This document shows positions 60,890 to 64,000 of a stretch of DNA of 64,000 nt, in pieces; within the stretch, counting starts at the first letter, position 1, and the number at the start of each line of letters is the position of its first letter. The notes beneath the pieces were generated by a model that searched no databases, had not been told where the DNA came from, and saw only the letters and a list, made by a program, of their open reading frames with translations. The DNA comes from Chamaesiphon sp. (GTDB taxonomy: Bacteria; Cyanobacteriota; Cyanobacteriia; Cyanobacteriales; Chamaesiphonaceae). A program made the translations under genes and the position numbers. The stretch lies in contig CBDFFH010000039.1 of the NCBI GenBank assembly GCA_965246715.1, positions 1-64,000 on the forward strand. Direction: 5' to 3'.

Positions 60890-61105
60890 TGCCGTGTCAA
60901 GATCGACCGACAATCTCCAGCGTTCCTTGTGATGGCTCTAAAGCATCAAATTTAGATATCGACTAGGTTTGATACTTTTTACACGATCGGATTATCGATC
61001 GCGGCTAAAGCAAAAAACTAACTACACAAATCCCGATCGATGTTACTATTACCATAGAGGTTAAGTAACATCGATCGGGATGTTTAGATCGCAATTCGAT
61101 CGATA

Positions 61106-61708
61106 TTAACGAACGTTTTCAGTTTCGACAACTTTGTCGATGAGGCCATAGGCCATTGCATCAGCCGCCGACATAAAATTATCGCGGTCGGTATCTTTTT
61201 CGATCTGCTCTAAAGTTTGACCCGAACGCTCTGCCATCAATTTATTGAGTAGCATCCGCGTATCGAGGATATGTTTGGCTTCGATTTGAATATCCGATGC
61301 CTGCATCCGTCCGGTACCACCAAGCGGTTGGTGGATCATGATCCGGGCGTGAGGCAATGCCAGGCGTTTGCCAGGACTACCAGCAGCTAGTAAAAAAGCA
61401 CCCATCGAAGCGGCTAAACCGACACAAATGGTGACTACTTCTGACTTGATGTGTTGCATCGTGTCATAGATTGCCATCCCCGCAGTGATTTCGCCACCAG
61501 GTGAGTTGATATACAGATAGATCGGTTTGCTAGAGTCTTCTGAGTCTAGATACAGCATATAGGCAACGATCGCATTTGCCATCCCCGAATCGACTTCCTC
61601 AAAGAGAAAGATAATCCGCTCGCGAAACAGTCGATCGTAGATATTGATATATCGTTCTGCTGAGTTACCAGGCAAACGATAGGGAACGCTAGGAATTCCA
61701 ATAGACAT
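61106..61708 (-). CDS. clpP: Clp protease proteolytic subunit (ClpP3-like, catalytic triad intact)
   Basis: GLAASMG (Ser), IMIHQP (His), DRDNFM (Asp). Confidence 0.95.
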   Translation of the reverse strand: MSIGIPSVPYRLPGNSAERYINIYDRLFRERIIFLFEEVDSGMANAIVAYMLYLDSEDSSKPIYLYINSPGGEITAGMAIYDTMQHIKSEVVTICVGLAASMGAFLLAAGSPGKRLALPHARIMIHQPLGGTGRMQASDIQIEAKHILDTRMLLNKLMAERSGQTLEQIEKDTDRDNFMSAADAMAYGLIDKVVETENVR

Positions 61709-61743
61709 AGATTTTACTAGTTATTTATTAGTTATTGCTTAAT

Positions 61744-61865
61744 TCCCCTCCTCGGAGGGGTGCCCGATAGGGCGGGGTGGGTAAGAGACTAGGCTATAAA
61801 CCTCGGTAAATTGATTGCTTCGGCTGAGATCTAAATCCTCCAGCACCCCTTTTAAGGGGGGCGAA
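61744..61865. repeat. REP-like repeats
   Basis: TCCCCTCCTCGGAGGGG...GGGGTGGG and CCCCTTTTAAGGGG. Confidence 0.55.
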
Positions 61866-61869
61866 GAAC

Positions 61870-62538
61870 TTAAAGGGAAGCTGCTACTAAATTTGGTACT
61901 TCTTTCGCACTCTCTAACACCTTATCGATCAAGCCATACTCTCTCGCTTCCGCAGCAGTCATATAAAACATCCGCTCGCTGTCCGCGAGAATTTTCTCGA
62001 TCGATTGACCCGTAGTTTCCGCAAGTACCTCAGCAACCGAGGTTTTTTTTGCTAATACTTCAGCAGCATTGATGATGATATCTGAAGCTTGGCCCCTACT
62101 CCCTGCGCGCGCTGGCATCAACCCGATCTCGGCATGCGGTAAACAAGCACGTTTACCCTTGGTACCAGCAGACAGTAACAGTGTGGCAATCCCCATTGCC
62201 TGACCCAGACAAATGGTATATACATCTGACTTGATATGCTTGATGGTGTCGTAGATCGCCAATCCAGCCATCACGGACATCATCCCGAGTTCTGCTCCAG
62301 CCATCCCAGCCATCACCGGATCGCCCATGGAATTGATATAGATATAAATCGGCTTGGTGTTATCGACTGATTCCAGGTATAACAACGCAGCGATCGTACT
62401 ATTGGCAAATCCATCGGTAATCGGTCGATCGATAAAGATAATGCGCTCCTGGCTCATCCGCGTGTAGAGGTTAATCCACTGCCAGTTGGGAGTTCCGGGG
62501 ATATTGTAGGGGACTTTGAGGATGCGATCGATAGACAT
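61870..62538 (-). CDS. Second non-catalytic Clp subunit (ClpR-like body, ClpP3-like N-terminus)
   Basis: GQAMGIA (no Ser), EIGLMPA (no His), insertion after YINS; N-terminus KVPYNIPG..WQWINLYTRM. Confidence 0.85.
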   Translation of the reverse strand: MSIDRILKVPYNIPGTPNWQWINLYTRMSQERIIFIDRPITDGFANSTIAALLYLESVDNTKPIYIYINSMGDPVMAGMAGAELGMMSVMAGLAIYDTIKHIKSDVYTICLGQAMGIATLLLSAGTKGKRACLPHAEIGLMPARAGSRGQASDIIINAAEVLAKKTSVAEVLAETTGQSIEKILADSERMFYMTAAEAREYGLIDKVLESAKEVPNLVAASL

Positions 62539-62540
62539 GT

Positions 62541-62586
62541 TAGTGAACAGTGAATAGTGAACAGTGAACAGTGAATGGTGAATAGT
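62541..62586. repeat. STRR heptamer tandem repeat (AGTGAA(C/T))
   Basis: TAGTGAACAGTGAATAGTGAACAGTGAACAGTGAATGGTGAATAGT. Confidence 0.85.
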
Positions 62587-62652
62587 TATTAGGGCTTGTG
62601 CTCCTAACGACCGAACGCTTGAGAGCTATTCCCTATTCCTATTTTCTATTCC

Positions 62653-63324
62653 CTAAACTAGAGCTGGCAGAGGCACTGGAAGATCCTTAGCACTGTTGAG
62701 GACGATATCGATGATGCCGTACTCTTTGGCTTCTTCGGGAGTCATGTACAACATCCGATCGGTATCTTTGGCGATTTTCTCGGCGGGTTGTCCGGTACTC
62801 CGTGAGAAGATATCCAGGATCGCGGTTTTATTGTCGAGGACTTCCTTGGCGCGAATTTGGATATCGCTGGCTTGACCTTGAGCGCCACTGCGCGGCTGAT
62901 TGAGAACGATCGTCGCGTGTGGCAGGCTGGCGCGGAAACCTTTGGTACCTGCGGCTAAAATCATCGCCGCCGTGCCCATTGCTTGACCGATGCAGATGGT
63001 ATGAACGGGCGGTTTGATATAACCGAGCGTATCGCAAATCGCAAACGCTTCGGTTTCAAACCCGATCGAGTCGCCAGTATGCCAGGATGTCCCAGTAGAA
63101 TTGATATAAAAATAAATCGGCTTTTCGGGCGAGTCAAATTGCAAGTAGAGCAACTGCGCGATCAGCAACTTGGTGGGGTCGTAACCCATTTGGCGTTTAT
63201 AGTCGTCGGATGACACCAGCGGCCCTCCCATATACACGATCCGCTCTTTGAGGAGCAGAGAAGGTAAATCTGGTGGCGATTCCCGGTAGTAGCTATCGCC
63301 GCCGTAATATTGGGACTGAACCAT
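62653..63324 (-). CDS. clpR: Clp protease non-proteolytic subunit ClpR
   Basis: PPDLPSLLLKERIVY, YINSTGTSW..G...GFETEAFAI, GQAMGTA, IVLNQP. Confidence 0.9.
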   Translation of the reverse strand: MVQSQYYGGDSYYRESPPDLPSLLLKERIVYMGGPLVSSDDYKRQMGYDPTKLLIAQLLYLQFDSPEKPIYFYINSTGTSWHTGDSIGFETEAFAICDTLGYIKPPVHTICIGQAMGTAAMILAAGTKGFRASLPHATIVLNQPRSGAQGQASDIQIRAKEVLDNKTAILDIFSRSTGQPAEKIAKDTDRMLYMTPEEAKEYGIIDIVLNSAKDLPVPLPALV

Positions 63325-63474
63325 ATAATTATTCCACTAGCGTCACATGATATTTAATATGGTAACTTGCTAGTGGTTACTAGGGGTTGGTGGGATTACC
63401 GATTAAAAATATTTCAACCAAACCCGCTCCAACAACATACCAACCGATCGATCTATCGACAAATAAGTACTTAT

Positions 63475-64000
63475 ATGCAAGTTAAAGCTGCTGTCGCCTT
63501 TCAAGCAGGCAAACCATTAGAAATTACCACAGTCGATCTCGCACCACCGCAAGCGGGAGAAGTCTTAGTCGAAATCAAAGCTACTGGTGTTTGTCATACC
63601 GATGCGTATACTTTGTCTGGTGCCGATCCAGAAGGCTTGTTCCCGGCAATCCTCGGACATGAAGGGGCGGGAGTAGTCGTAGAAATCGGTGCGGGCGTGA
63701 CGAGCCTCAAACCTGGCGATCGAGTCATTCCGTTATACGTCCCCGAATGCCGGAATTGTGATTATTGTCTCAGCGGTAAAACCAATCTGTGTCAGGCGAT
63801 CCGCCTCACCCAAGGACGCGGCGTGATGCCCGACGGTAGCAGTCGTTTTTCCTACGAGGGGCAAATGTTGCACCACTATATGGGCACTTCTACTTTTGCC
63901 AACTATACCGTCGTGCCCGAAATTGCCTTGGCAAAAATTCGTCCCGATGCGCCATTTGAAAAAGTCTGTCTGATTGGCTGTGGGGTAACGACGGGTATCG
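63475..64000 (+). CDS. frmA: S-(hydroxymethyl)glutathione dehydrogenase / class III alcohol dehydrogenase (3' truncated by window edge)
   Basis: MQVKAAVA...[29 protein letters not shown]...[16 protein letters not shown]; not in ORF track. Confidence 0.95.
   Translation, partial: MQVKAAVAFQAGKPLEITTVDLAPPQAGEVLVEIKATGVCHTDAYTLSGADPEGLFPAILGHEGAGVVVEIGAGVTSLKPGDRVIPLYVPECRNCDYCLSGKTNLCQAIRLTQGRGVMPDGSSRFSYEGQMLHHYMGTSTFANYTVVPEIALAKIRPDAPFEKVCLIGCGVTTGI

Overview
64 kb of cyanobacterial chromosome. The evidence is a very high CGATCG/GCGATCGC (HIP1-type) density, STRR heptamer repeats and cyanobacterial marker genes (PSRP-3, Uma2, clpR-clpP3, the PSII high-light radical SAM gene); a Chamaesiphon-like organism is inferred, not verified. 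The backbone is housekeeping: cobW-like chaperone, hisD, moaE, tRNA-Ser(GCT), hflX, neopullulanase, hom, ctaCDE plus ctaA/ctaB, panB, eda, asnS, lepA, queG, three Clp subunits and frmA. Accessory content: two large DUF4114-tailed proteins; a Fur-boxed multicopper oxidase/HhH-lipoprotein/FTR1 iron-uptake operon; an orphan DndD/Rad50-like ATPase with a 45-aa partner; a cassette-like toxin-antitoxin island bounded by nested direct repeats; two candidate sRNAs downstream of hflX; and many IS remnants (IS1634, IS110, IS4, IS66). The most striking non-coding structure is a hierarchy of small mobile repeats: TIR-bounded MITEs carry REP-like cores, into which ~50-bp and ~25-bp hairpin modules have inserted, and cores are inverted or swapped between copies. 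No CRISPR array, rRNA or intact transposase was seen. All family assignments come from motif recognition by eye, not from database searches.
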